From positions 245,539-309,538 of the forward strand of contig DRFS01000006.1 in NCBI GenBank assembly GCA_011050415.1: DNA of 64,000 bases. The letters are read 5' to 3'. Numbering within the stretch: the stretch's first letter is position 1; each line of letters starts with the position of its first letter. The stretch is from Halomonas sp. Lineage in GTDB: Bacteria > Pseudomonadota > Gammaproteobacteria > Pseudomonadales > Halomonadaceae. This document shows, piece by piece, positions 20,525 through 30,110 of the stretch. The notes under the pieces were generated by a model. It was given only the letters and a program-made list of their open reading frames with translations. It ran no database searches and had not been told where the DNA came from. A program made the translations under genes and the position numbers.

Positions 20525-21913
20525 ATGATTTCCAGCCACACAGCCGACCATCTCTTTCTTAAAACACTAAAAGATATGCTTGGCGACAGCGTGCTGTTGG
20601 GCGAAGAGATTCCTGCGTCCTGCTTCAGCGATTGGACAGGCCATGCTGCCTGCCGACCGCTGGCACTGGTACGCCCAGCTACCACTGAAGAGGTTGCCAG
20701 CCTGCTACGACTGTGCAATGAACACCGCCGCCCGGTGGTGCCCCAGGGAGGAATGACCGGCTTGGCGGGCGCGGCGGTGCCCAGTGCCGATAGCATCGCA
20801 ATATCGCTTGGTCGACTAACCGGTGTCGAGAGCGTCGATGGCGATGCCGCTACCCTGACGGTGCGCGCGGGCACCACACTACAAACCGTCCAGGATGCGG
20901 CTGAAGAGGCAGGTTTTCGCTACCCGGTCGATTTTGGCGCCCGGGGAACGTGCCAAATCGGCGGTAACATCGCGACCAATGCCGGTGGCCATGGGGTGAT
21001 TCGTCACGGCATGACCCGCGACCAGGTGCTCGGCCTGGAGGTGGTACTCGCGGATGGCCGGATTCTCGACTTGATGAACGGCATGATCAAGAACAATACC
21101 GGCTACGACCTTAAGCACTGCTTTATCGGCGCCGAAGGCACCCTGGGCATTATCACCCGCGCCGTGCTGCGTCTGGCGCCTCCCAAGGGTGAAACCCATA
21201 CGTTTTTGTGCGGGCTGCCCAACTATCCGGCGGCTGTTGCGTTACTCCACCGGTTACGCGGTGCTGGGCTGGCGCTAGAGGCATTTGAAGTGATGTGGCA
21301 GGACTTTTACACCATGAGCTGTGGCTGGCGAGACGGCCAGTCACCGCTGCACACAAGCCACCCTATTTACCTGCTGTGCGAGGCAGAGGGCGCAGCCAGC
21401 CATCTGGAGGCTGCCCTGGAAAGCGCGCTGGCAAGCGGCGAGGTGGAAGATGCGGTACTGGCTGGCAGCAGTACATAAGCCCGCGAATTATGGGCTATCC
21501 GTGAGGCGACCGGCGAATTTCCGCTCAAGCTGGCACCCATCAACTTTGATATCAGCCTGCCGGTTGCCACGATCGGCGCCTTTGTCGAAGACGCCAGCAA
21601 AATGCTCACTCAGCGCTGGCCGGACATCCGCATTGTCAATTTTGGCCATATCGGCGACTGCAATCTACACCTAACCGTGGATGGCCAGTCCCTGGCCGAG
21701 GATACCGCCGAGACTCGCCATGCTATCGAAGCGGAGGTCTATCGCCTGGTCGGTGACTATAGCGGTTCGATCTCTGCCGAGCACGGCATTGGCCTGCTCA
21801 AGCGCGATTTCTTACACCACAGTGTCCACCCCGAAGCGCTGGACGTTATGCGCTCGCTCAAACATACCCTGGACCCTAACGGCATCCTCAATCCGGGCAA
21901 GCTATTCGGTTAA
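20525..21913 (+). pseudogene. FAD-linked oxidoreductase (D-2-hydroxyacid dehydrogenase / GlcD-like) interrupted by an in-frame TAA at 21476-21478
   Basis: ORFs 20519-21478 and 21602-21913 share a frame. Reading through TAA gives ...AGSST*ARELWAIREATGEFPLKLAPINFDISLPV...FGHIGDCNLH...SISAEHGIG...DPNGILNPGK, about 463 aa, with PQGGMTGL, GGNIATNAGG, NTGYDL, GAEGTLGIIT. Confidence 0.85.
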
Positions 21914-22010
21914 GTCGCTCACCTTAGCCGCCCTTATAGGCGGGCCGGTACGCACCCAAACTGTGCAGGCTGTAGTTAGCTATTTCACGCCTAAATCTGC
22001 AAAACCATTA

Positions 22011-22020
22011 TGTATATACA
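22011..22020. promoter_or_regulatory. HutC operator candidate upstream of the amino acid ABC operon
   Basis: Perfect TGTATATACA, 14 bp upstream of a sigma-54 site. Confidence 0.8.
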
Positions 22021-22033
22021 GGTAAGTACTTTT

Positions 22034-22049
22034 TGGCACACCGTTTGCT
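22034..22049 (+). promoter_or_regulatory. Sigma-54 (-24/-12) promoter for the ABC operon
   Basis: TGGCAC-ACCGT-TTGCT, exact consensus spacing. Confidence 0.78.
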
Positions 22050-22113
22050 TTTAGATAACTGACGTTCCGAATCGCTGCAGTGCTGATACGCACTATCAGC
22101 CACGCCGCTAGCC

Positions 22114-22168
22114 CTAGCACTATCGCACCTAGCACTATCGCATCTAGCACTATCTCACCTAGCCCTAT
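22114..22168 (+). repeat. 15-bp tandem repeat in the 5' leader of the ABC operon
   Basis: CTAGCACTATCGCAC CTAGCACTATCGCAT CTAGCACTATCTCAC CTAGCCCTAT, ending at the GGAG RBS. Confidence 0.85.
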
Positions 22169-22182
22169 GGAGTCATTACTCG

Positions 22183-23016
22183 ATGAACAAATCCACGCTG
22201 CTTAACCGGTCACTCTCCCAGCTAACTTTAGGCCTTGGCCTCTGCTTAGCGATCTCCAACGCCTCTGCAGACCTGCTTGATGAGGTTAAAGAGCGGGGTG
22301 TACTCAATGTTGGCACTGAGTTTCACTTCGCGCCCTTCGCTTATTTAGATGCGGGCCAGCAGAGTGGTTTAAACCTTGAGCTTATGGAGCGTGTTGGTGA
22401 CGAATTAGGGATCACGATTAACTGGATCGACTTACCCTGGCCCAGCGTACTCCCCGGCCTTGAGGCGGGTAATTACGACTTTGTTGCAGGCCCCGCGATG
22501 ATTACCCAAGAGCGCAAACTACGCTACAACTTCACCTTGCCTATCGCCGATGCCACTGTCGCTATCCTCAAGCGCGCTGACGACGACTCTATTCAAACCC
22601 CCGAAGATATTTCTGGCAAAGCTGCCGGGGGCGGCCGCGGTACCGCACAGCTTGAACAGCTAAAGGCATTTGCCGCTGAGCTGCCGGATCCGCCGACTAT
22701 TACCGAGTATGTGGACTACAGCCAAACCTACGCCGACCTGGCCGCTGGGCGTATCGATGCTGTCGCCAACTCGCTACCCAATATTGCTTATACGGCGACT
22801 CAGCGCCCGATGTTTGAAGTTGTCCTTCCCCCCTTTGGCCAACCTGCCTACTTCGGCTATATGGCGCGTAACGATGAAGAATCCGCATCACTGGTTGATG
22901 CCATCAACGAGGTGCTTCTATACATGCACGAAGATGGCAGCCTCTCCGAGCTGCAAACCAAGTGGTTCGGCGCGCCGATGGATGTTCCCAGCGAAGATTT
23001 TGAGCCCGCAATCTAA
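22183..23016 (+). CDS. Polar amino acid ABC transporter substrate-binding protein
   Basis: Signal peptide; L..VKERGVL.VG.E.hFAPF, WPSVLPGLEAGNYDFV, ITQERK, DLAAGRIDAV, GSLSELQTKWFG. Confidence 0.92.
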   Translation: MNKSTLLNRSLSQLTLGLGLCLAISNASADLLDEVKERGVLNVGTEFHFAPFAYLDAGQQSGLNLELMERVGDELGITINWIDLPWPSVLPGLEAGNYDFVAGPAMITQERKLRYNFTLPIADATVAILKRADDDSIQTPEDISGKAAGGGRGTAQLEQLKAFAAELPDPPTITEYVDYSQTYADLAAGRIDAVANSLPNIAYTATQRPMFEVVLPPFGQPAYFGYMARNDEESASLVDAINEVLLYMHEDGSLSELQTKWFGAPMDVPSEDFEPAI

Positions 23017-23028
23017 GCTACCTTCAAT

Positions 23029-23066
23029 GCGTGCTGGGCGACAGTTGCGTAGGCCGCCCAGCACGC
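23029..23066 (+). other. Intercistronic stem-loop after the SBP gene
   Basis: 12-bp perfect stem GCGTGCTGGGCG / CGCCCAGCACGC; this position is typical of mRNA-stabilising hairpins in ABC operons. Confidence 0.6.
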
Positions 23067-23093
23067 CCTCCCTCACCTTAAGGGATACTGCCA

Positions 23094-23753
23094 ATGTTCG
23101 ACTGGCCGACGCTTCTTTTTAGCCTGCCACTGCTGGGTAAGGCACTCCTGATCACGCTCCAGACGTCACTGTTAGGCAATGCCATTGGCTTTGTTATCGG
23201 CACCCTGATTGCCAGCATGCAGTTGGCCAAAATGCCTTTGCTGCGCCGTCTCGGCGGCAGCTATATCTTTATCTTTCGAGGGGTACCACTGCTCGTCCAG
23301 CTACTGGTTATCTACTACTTGGCCCCCATGTTCGGGCTACCCAACCTATCCCCCATGGTGGCCGCGGTGATGGCACTCTCGCTCTGTTCAGGCGCTTATA
23401 TCGCCGAAATATTACGCGGCGGGCTATTGGCGATCCCCTCTGGTCAGCGTGAAGCGGCCCACTTACTCGGTATGAGTCGCCCCGCTATTTTGCTACGCAT
23501 CGAGCTGCCCCAGGCGGTTCAAAGCACCCTCCCTTCACTGGTAAACGAGCTGGTACTGCTGATTAAGGCCTCGGCGTTGGTGTCAGTCGTCGGCCTGGCG
23601 GACCTTACCCGGGTGGCTCAAAACCTGGCCTCTTCAGACTACTTATTTTTCCAGCACTACCTGGTACTGGCAGGGATCTACTGCCTGATCAACATACCGT
23701 TGACCATGTTCGGGCGCCGACTTGAGCGTCACCTAGAGAGGAGTCTGGCGTGA
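23094..23753 (+). CDS. Amino acid ABC transporter permease
   Basis: FRGVPLLVQL, AYIAEILRGG..AIPSGQREAA..LGM, LIKASALVSVVG. Confidence 0.93.
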   Translation: MFDWPTLLFSLPLLGKALLITLQTSLLGNAIGFVIGTLIASMQLAKMPLLRRLGGSYIFIFRGVPLLVQLLVIYYLAPMFGLPNLSPMVAAVMALSLCSGAYIAEILRGGLLAIPSGQREAAHLLGMSRPAILLRIELPQAVQSTLPSLVNELVLLIKASALVSVVGLADLTRVAQNLASSDYLFFQHYLVLAGIYCLINIPLTMFGRRLERHLERSLA

Positions 23754-24412
23754 TTTTCGATCTATCAATTATTACCGCCAATGCCGACGCCATCTGGAGC
23801 GCTTTTTTAGTCACCATTTATACCTGGCTGGTGGGCAGCGTATTGGGGTTGGTAACGGGACTATTGATTGCTGCGCTGATGCTCTTTGGCGGTCGGCCAC
23901 TGCAGCTCATATTGAGAGTGTTTATTGAGCTGGTACGCGGCACCCCGTTTTTGGTGATCCTGTTTCTGGTCTACTACGGCGGCCCGTCATTCGGTCTACG
24001 TCTCGGCGCGATTACCGCTGGGGTGCTCTGCATCGCTTTCTACAGCAGCGTCTATTTCGCGGAGATTTTTCGTAGCGGCTTCGCCGCCGTCCCCCGCGGG
24101 CAACTGGAAGCTGGCGAGTGCCTGGGACTAGGTCGCCTGCAACTTATGTGGCGCGTACAGCTGCCCCAAATGCTGGTACTGATCCTGCCAGCCATCGTCA
24201 ATATGCTGACAATTCTATGCAAAGAGACCGCTGTCCTGTCGATTATCACCGTCCCTGAGCTAACCGCGGTGCTCACCGGTATTGGTACCCGCACCTTCAC
24301 TTTTATTGAAACGCTATTGGTTCTCTGCATCGCCTACCTACTGCTTATCGAAATCACCTCGCGGGTGGGCAGGTGGCTTGAGCACCGCGTCGGCACCTAC
24401 TTACAGCGCTGA
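23750..24412 (+). CDS. Amino acid ABC transporter permease
   Basis: [50 protein letters not shown] start overlapping the upstream stop. Confidence 0.93.
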   Translation: MIFDLSIITANADAIWSAFLVTIYTWLVGSVLGLVTGLLIAALMLFGGRPLQLILRVFIELVRGTPFLVILFLVYYGGPSFGLRLGAITAGVLCIAFYSSVYFAEIFRSGFAAVPRGQLEAGECLGLGRLQLMWRVQLPQMLVLILPAIVNMLTILCKETAVLSIITVPELTAVLTGIGTRTFTFIETLLVLCIAYLLLIEITSRVGRWLEHRVGTYLQR

Positions 24413-24425
24413 ACAGGAGCTAGCT

Positions 24426-25310
24426 ATGCCGCTTTCCCTATCTTCGTCCACATCTACCCCTGCTGCGGCTTTGGTCGAAGCTACGCAAAAAGGGGGTGAT
24501 AAGGCGTCCCCCATTATCCATCTCTCCGCCGTCGGCAAGCGTTTCGGCGAGCATCAAGTACTCACTGATATCAACCTTGATGTGCATCACTCGGAGGTCG
24601 TCTGCCTGATTGGCCCATCGGGGTCGGGTAAAAGTACGCTGCTGCGCAGCATGGCCTTTCTTGAGGAGTATGACGAAGGGGAGATCCATATCGAGGGGCG
24701 CCTACTCGGCTGGGAAATCGATGACCGGGGGCGCCGCCAGCACGCCGGACGCAACCGCCTCAATCAGGCCCGGCGCAACCTGGGCATCGTCTTTCAGCAG
24801 TTCAACCTGTGGCCACATATGACAGCGCTGGGCAATGTCACCGAGGCCCTGGTAAGAGTGCGTAGGCTAAAGCGCAGCGAAGCTGAAAAGCGCGCCATGG
24901 AGGTGCTCGACAAGGTTGGCCTGGCCGAGAAGGCCAAGGAGTACCCAGCGCGACTTTCCGGCGGCCAACAGCAGCGCGTGGCCATTGCCCGGGCACTGGC
25001 CATGGAACCCAAGATTATGCTCTTCGATGAGCCTACCTCAGCACTCGACCCTGAACTGGTGGGCGAGGTATTGGCGGTGATGAAGCAGCTCGCTCTTGAA
25101 GGCATGACCATGGTGGTAGTGACCCACGAGATGGGCTTTGCCGCTCAAGTCGCTGATACCGTTGTGTTCCTTGATCAAGGCAGCATCGTCACCCGTGGCA
25201 CGCCCAGTGAAGTATTCCGCGACACTCAGCACCCTCGCCTTCGTCAGTTTTTACAGAATTACCTGGATCGCAACGCCTTCTGGAATACCACTCCGGAGCT
25301 GGAAAACTAA
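24426..25310 (+). CDS. Amino acid ABC transporter ATP-binding protein
   Basis: [59 protein letters not shown]. Start set at ATG 24426 behind a CAGGAG RBS. Confidence 0.94.
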   Translation: MPLSLSSSTSTPAAALVEATQKGGDKASPIIHLSAVGKRFGEHQVLTDINLDVHHSEVVCLIGPSGSGKSTLLRSMAFLEEYDEGEIHIEGRLLGWEIDDRGRRQHAGRNRLNQARRNLGIVFQQFNLWPHMTALGNVTEALVRVRRLKRSEAEKRAMEVLDKVGLAEKAKEYPARLSGGQQQRVAIARALAMEPKIMLFDEPTSALDPELVGEVLAVMKQLALEGMTMVVVTHEMGFAAQVADTVVFLDQGSIVTRGTPSEVFRDTQHPRLRQFLQNYLDRNAFWNTTPELEN

Positions 25311-26461
25311 TGCTGCCTATCGACCCCACTCCCCTGGCACGCCGCGAAGTGCGCGAGCTTGAAAGCTACAATGCTGGGCTCTCCAGTGAACAGGTAAGCA
25401 AGCGCTTTGGCATCTCAAAGATTGCCAAGCTAGGCAGCAATGAGAACCCCTATGGCCCCTCTCCCCTGGTAGCCACCGCTATCTCAAACGCCATTAGCGA
25501 TAGCGGCCTTTATCCCGACGCCTCCTGTGGGCTATTACGCGATTTGCTGGCGGTGCGCCTTGGGGTTGCGCCCGAACAGCTGGTGTTTGGTAATGGCTCG
25601 GAAGATCTGATTGCGATTTTGTGCCGGGTGTTTCTCGACCACGGCGATAACTTAGTCACCGTCACCCCCGCCTTCGGTCTGCACACCCTATACCCCCACT
25701 CACTGGGGGCGAAGATTCGCGCGGTGCCCATGCTGGAGGGAGGCAGTTTTGACATTGACGGGCTGATTGAGGCGCTTAGTGAGCCGCCACGTATGCTGAT
25801 GTTCTCATCCCCCTCCAATCCGGTTGGTAGCGCACTATCGGCAAGCCAGTTAAAGCAGTTGCTTGAGGTGCTAACCCCCGCCACTCTATTAGTCTTCGAT
25901 GAGGCCTATTATGAGTACGCTCAGGGCAGCCCCGGCTATCCGGATGTGCTGGCTCGGCTATCCCTACAGCAGACGCCATGGATCGTTTTACGCACCTTCT
26001 CAAAAGCCTATGCGCTGGCCGGTTTACGTGTGGGCTATGGCATTGCCAGCAGCCCAGCGCTGGCCGATCTTATCGATCGCCTCCGCACGCCGTTTAACGT
26101 TAACCGCCTTGCTCAAGTAGCTGCACTAGCAGCGCTGCAGGATGAGGCCCACCTCAAGGCTGGGCTTGAAGCGACCATTCGCGAACGCGAGCGGGTTGCC
26201 AAGGCGCTTCACGAGATGCACCTGACGGTAGTGCCTTCTCTGACTAATTTCCTGTTTTTCAAAACGGATCAAGCATCCGATAGCGTGCATGAAGCACTGC
26301 TGAGCCACGGCGTAATTGTTAAACCCTGGCGCGAGCCAGGCTATCGCCACTGGCTGCGCGTCTCAATCGGCAGCCGCGAGCAGAATGATCAATTTCTTAC
26401 CGCGCTTTCGGAAACTCTTCAGCCCGCGCCAGCACCCTTTGCTCACGACGATACTCCCTGA
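25310..26461 (+). CDS. hisC: Histidinol-phosphate/aromatic aminotransferase (HisC family, PLP)
   Basis: KLGSNENPYGPSP, GNGSED, SPSNPVG, DEAYYEY, RTFSKAYALAGLRVGY. Translationally coupled (TAATG) to the ABC ATPase; its role may be catabolic. Confidence 0.85.
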   Translation: MLPIDPTPLARREVRELESYNAGLSSEQVSKRFGISKIAKLGSNENPYGPSPLVATAISNAISDSGLYPDASCGLLRDLLAVRLGVAPEQLVFGNGSEDLIAILCRVFLDHGDNLVTVTPAFGLHTLYPHSLGAKIRAVPMLEGGSFDIDGLIEALSEPPRMLMFSSPSNPVGSALSASQLKQLLEVLTPATLLVFDEAYYEYAQGSPGYPDVLARLSLQQTPWIVLRTFSKAYALAGLRVGYGIASSPALADLIDRLRTPFNVNRLAQVAALAALQDEAHLKAGLEATIRERERVAKALHEMHLTVVPSLTNFLFFKTDQASDSVHEALLSHGVIVKPWREPGYRHWLRVSIGSREQNDQFLTALSETLQPAPAPFAHDDTP

Positions 26462-26500
26462 CATAGATAACTCAACTCTCTAAATAAGGCGGCTAACCCA

Positions 26501-27316
26501 ATGGCAACTCCCAACCCCAATGTCACTGTAAATGATGCGGAGATCGAGGCTTTTCAACGCGAAGGCGCCGTGGTACTACGTGGCCTTTTTAACGATTGGA
26601 TGGAGCCACTACGTGAAGGAGTTGATACGCTGATTGCATCGCCCAGCCCTCTGGAGCGCTCCTATCAGCCCAGTGATGGCTCGGCACCGTTCTTTCAGGA
26701 CCTATGCAACTGGCAGCGCATTGAGCCTTTTTCACGCTTTGTGATGGAATCTTCTATTGCGGAGCTAGCTTGCAAACTAATGGGCTCACGACAGGCACAG
26801 TTCTTTCACGACCACGTACTTGTCAAAGAGCCCGGCTCCTCGCAAGTGACCCCCTGGCATCAGGATCAGCCCTATTATTGTGTTGAGAGTACGCAGTGCA
26901 TTAGTTTTTGGATCCCACTAGATCCCGTGGCATGTGAGACTTCCCTAAAATGTATTGCAGGGTCACATCACTGGAACAAACTTCACCGCCCCAAGCGCTT
27001 TGACGGCAGTGATCTTTATCAAGGAGATACGCGTGAAGAGCTACCGGATATTGATGTCGACCCTTCTCAGTACCGCATCCTGCAATGGGCTTTAGAACCT
27101 GGCGACGCCGTCGCTTTTGATTTCCGCACCGTTCATGGTGCTTCTGCCAACACCTCCAGCCATCGTCGCAGGGTGTTCTCCGCGCGTTGGTTAGGTGACA
27201 ATGCCCGCTTTGTTGACCGGGGTGGCAAAGGGTCTCCACCCTTTGCCCATCTCACCTTACAAAATGGCGATCTATTAACAGGGCCTGAGTTCCCCATTGT
27301 CTATCAGCACCCCTAG
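26501..27316 (+). CDS. Phytanoyl-CoA dioxygenase (PhyH)-family Fe(II)/2OG dioxygenase
   Basis: FQREGAVVLRGLF, KEPG....TPWHQD (HxD), WIPLD, GSHHW, GDAVAF.FRTVHGA..N....RRRVFS.RW. Confidence 0.9.
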   Translation: MATPNPNVTVNDAEIEAFQREGAVVLRGLFNDWMEPLREGVDTLIASPSPLERSYQPSDGSAPFFQDLCNWQRIEPFSRFVMESSIAELACKLMGSRQAQFFHDHVLVKEPGSSQVTPWHQDQPYYCVESTQCISFWIPLDPVACETSLKCIAGSHHWNKLHRPKRFDGSDLYQGDTREELPDIDVDPSQYRILQWALEPGDAVAFDFRTVHGASANTSSHRRRVFSARWLGDNARFVDRGGKGSPPFAHLTLQNGDLLTGPEFPIVYQHP

Positions 27317-27352
27317 TCGCTAGGCCAAAATTTTTCATAACTGGAGTAGCGG

Positions 27353-28108
27353 ATGAAGAAAACCGATACCGATAGCGTCACCGCACCAAAAGCACTCTAT
27401 TTACAGGCCAAGCAGTTTGTACTGGAGCGCACCGCCTCGGGCTTCTGGAAGCCTGGCGATATGATTCCATCTGAAAATCAACTCGTTAACGAACTCGGCA
27501 TGTCACGCATGACGATTAATCGAGCACTACGGGAGCTAACCAGCGAGGGCTACTTAGAGCGTACCAGCGGCGTAGGTACCTTTATTGCTGAGCGCAAACC
27601 ACACTCCAACTTGCTGCAAATAGCCAATATTGCCGATGAGATCATCTCCCGGGGCCACCGTTACCACTGTGAAGTACTCGAACTCGGTCGTGTTGCGGCG
27701 CCGTTCGCTATTGCCTCAGCACTTGAGCTCACCACCGGCAGCTCGGTTTATCACCTGCGCTGTGTTCACTATGAGGAAGATCTCGCCGTCCAGCTCGAGG
27801 ATCGTTACGTTTCGCCCACCATGGCGCCCGATTTTATTCACCAGCGCTTTGATGACACGCTGCAACCTTCGCGCTACCTACTCAATACTATCCCGGTAGA
27901 CGAAATAGAGCACATCGTCGACGCGCTACTGCCCTCGGAAGAAGATGCTAAAGCGCTGGATATCGACACAAACGAGCCCTGTTTAGCACTGATGCGCCGC
28001 ACTTGGAGTGCTTCTCGGGTGGTTACTTACGTTAAGTTTCTGCACCCCTCCATGCGCTATCGGCTGGGAAGCCGCTACTCCGTTGATGCCACCTCCCATG
28101 CGGGCTGA
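27353..28108 (+). CDS. hutC: Histidine utilization repressor (GntR/UTRA), copy 2
   Basis: LYLQAKQ, IPSENQLV.ELGMSRMTINRALREL, GVGTFIAE, NIADEI.SRGH, QLEDRYV, EHIVDA, RRTWS. Confidence 0.88.
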   Translation: MKKTDTDSVTAPKALYLQAKQFVLERTASGFWKPGDMIPSENQLVNELGMSRMTINRALRELTSEGYLERTSGVGTFIAERKPHSNLLQIANIADEIISRGHRYHCEVLELGRVAAPFAIASALELTTGSSVYHLRCVHYEEDLAVQLEDRYVSPTMAPDFIHQRFDDTLQPSRYLLNTIPVDEIEHIVDALLPSEEDAKALDIDTNEPCLALMRRTWSASRVVTYVKFLHPSMRYRLGSRYSVDATSHAG

Positions 28109-28189
28109 CTCCCATTACTTTATGCGGCAAGTTTTTTTGCGGCGAAATTAACTAAAATTCCGCGTGCGAAGCCGATTATGTATAGCGGA

Positions 28190-28227
28190 TGTCGCTTTGC
28201 GACAATTCTTTAAAGCTCATCGCGACA
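28190..28227. promoter_or_regulatory. Candidate GlxA/CdhR-type regulator site upstream of the carnitine operon
   Basis: Perfect inverted repeat TGTCGC-TTT-GCGACA (28190-28204) plus a second GCGACA at 28222-28227; the assignment to CdhR is inference. Confidence 0.4.
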
Positions 28228-28266
28228 CACTAGATAGCGAATAAACTGCTGACTAGAGAGTGCGCC

Positions 28267-29160
28267 ATGAACCGCAATGTCATTCTTACCTGTGCCGTGA
28301 CTGGTGCGGGTGATACCACCGCTAAGAATCCTAATGTCCCGATTACCCCCAAGGCTATCGCAGCTTCCTGCATTGAAGCTGCCCACGCCGGGGCCAGCAT
28401 CGCGCATATCCATGTTCGCGATCCGCAAACCGGCGGCATTAGCCACTCGACTGAGCACTTTCGCGAAGTGATGGAACGTGTCCGCGAAGCGGATGTGGAT
28501 ATCGTGATGAACATCACCGCTGGCGGTGGCGGCGACTGGATACCCGATGCCGCAGACCCTACCCGAGGTGGCCCAGGCACAGACATTCAAACACCAGCAG
28601 AACGCCACGCGCCGGTCGGCGAACTCCTTCCCGAGCTTTGTACGCTGGACTGCGGCAGCCTCAACTTTGGCGATATGGTCTACGTGAACCCAGCGGACTG
28701 GCTGCGCGAGCACGCCCGCCTGGTGCAAGCCGCAGGCGTTAAGCCAGAACTGGAGTGCTTTGACCTGGGCCACGTCTGGTTTGCCCGCCAGCTTCAGCAA
28801 GAGGGCCTTATCGACGGAGACCCACTCTATCAACTCTGCCTGGGCATTCCCTGGGGCGCAGAAGCCGATACCGAAACCATGCTGGCGATGCGCAACAAAT
28901 TACCTGCCAACGCTAACTGGGCGGCCTTCGGCATTGGTCGTCATCAAATGCCTATGGTTGCCCAGGCGGTGCTGCTCGGCGGTCACGCCCGTGTTGGCTT
29001 GGAAGATAACCTGTTTTTAGAGAAAGGCGTGTTGGCCAACAACGGCCAACTGGTCGAAAAAGCCTCAACCATTATCGAGAATCTCGGCGCCCGGGTAATG
29101 ACCCCCGCTGAAACCCGCGCCCATCTCAACCTGCGTAACCCGGCAGGAGGTGACGCATGA
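28267..29160 (+). CDS. cdhC: 3-keto-5-aminohexanoate cleavage (BKACE) family protein; 3-dehydrocarnitine cleavage enzyme by context
   Basis: [55 protein letters not shown]; sits ahead of carnitine dehydrogenase. Confidence 0.88.
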   Translation: MNRNVILTCAVTGAGDTTAKNPNVPITPKAIAASCIEAAHAGASIAHIHVRDPQTGGISHSTEHFREVMERVREADVDIVMNITAGGGGDWIPDAADPTRGGPGTDIQTPAERHAPVGELLPELCTLDCGSLNFGDMVYVNPADWLREHARLVQAAGVKPELECFDLGHVWFARQLQQEGLIDGDPLYQLCLGIPWGAEADTETMLAMRNKLPANANWAAFGIGRHQMPMVAQAVLLGGHARVGLEDNLFLEKGVLANNGQLVEKASTIIENLGARVMTPAETRAHLNLRNPAGGDA

Positions 29161-30110
29161 GCCGCTTAGCCGTGATTGGTACTGGCGTGATTGGCAACGG
29201 CTGGATTGCCCGCGCCCTCGCCCAAGGCTGGGATGTGGTCGCCTTCGACCCCGCACCTGAAGCGCCAGCACGCACCCGCACGTTTATCGAAAACGCCTGG
29301 CCCTCGTTAACCCAGCTCGGCCTAGCGTCCGATGCGAGCCCTGAGCGACTATCGTTTGTGGCCACCATAGATGAGGCGGTGAGCGACGCCGATCTGGTTC
29401 AGGAGAACGTGCCTGAGCGCCTTGAGCTTAAACAACAGATCTTAGCCACCATTGATGCCGCGGCTGCACCGAATATCATCATTGGCTCGTCTACCTCAGG
29501 CTTTAAGCCCACCGACCTGCAGCAGCAGTGCCAACAATCACCTGGGCGTGTGATCGTCGCTCATCCCTTCAACCCAGTCTATTTACTACCGCTGGTGGAG
29601 CTTGTGGGTGGTGAAGCCACCCAACCCGCACAGATTGCCACCGCCCAGGCGCTTTACCAGTCATTAGCCATGCGCCCCTTGGTCGTTCGGCGTGAAATTG
29701 AGGGTCATATCGCCGACCGCTTGATGGAAGCGTTATGGCGGGAAGCCCTGCATTTGGTCAATGATGGCGTGGCGACTACTGAAGAGATCGACGCGGCGGT
29801 GGTTTATGGCTGCGGCTTACGCTGGCCATTAATGGGCACCTTCTTAACCTTCCACTTAGCGGGCGGCGAGCCTGGCATGCGCCATATGCTGGAACAGTTT
29901 GGCCCGGCGTTAAAACTTCCCTGGACCAAATTGGAAGCCCCGGAACTCACCGACGAGTTGATCGACAAAGTGGTCGAGGGGTGTGAGCATCAAGCAGCGG
30001 GGCGTTCAGTGGCAACGCTCGACCGGCGCCGAGATGACTTTTTAGTCGAGCTGCTCGAGGTGGTGCAAAAATATTGGCCGGAAGCCGAAGGCCTTAAGGG
30101 GCGCATCTAA
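29157..30110 (+). CDS. lcdH: L-carnitine 3-dehydrogenase
   Basis: [99 protein letters not shown]. Confidence 0.9.
   Translation: MSRLAVIGTGVIGNGWIARALAQGWDVVAFDPAPEAPARTRTFIENAWPSLTQLGLASDASPERLSFVATIDEAVSDADLVQENVPERLELKQQILATIDAAAAPNIIIGSSTSGFKPTDLQQQCQQSPGRVIVAHPFNPVYLLPLVELVGGEATQPAQIATAQALYQSLAMRPLVVRREIEGHIADRLMEALWREALHLVNDGVATTEEIDAAVVYGCGLRWPLMGTFLTFHLAGGEPGMRHMLEQFGPALKLPWTKLEAPELTDELIDKVVEGCEHQAAGRSVATLDRRRDDFLVELLEVVQKYWPEAEGLKGRI

Noticed and set aside
21602-21913. Independent 103-aa gene
   Set aside because: It is the in-frame C-terminal part of the FAD oxidoreductase after the premature TAA; no RBS is evident.
24282-24425. N-terminal extension of the ABC ATPase given by the ORF track
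   Set aside because: It overlaps the upstream permease; the RBS-supported start is ATG 24426.
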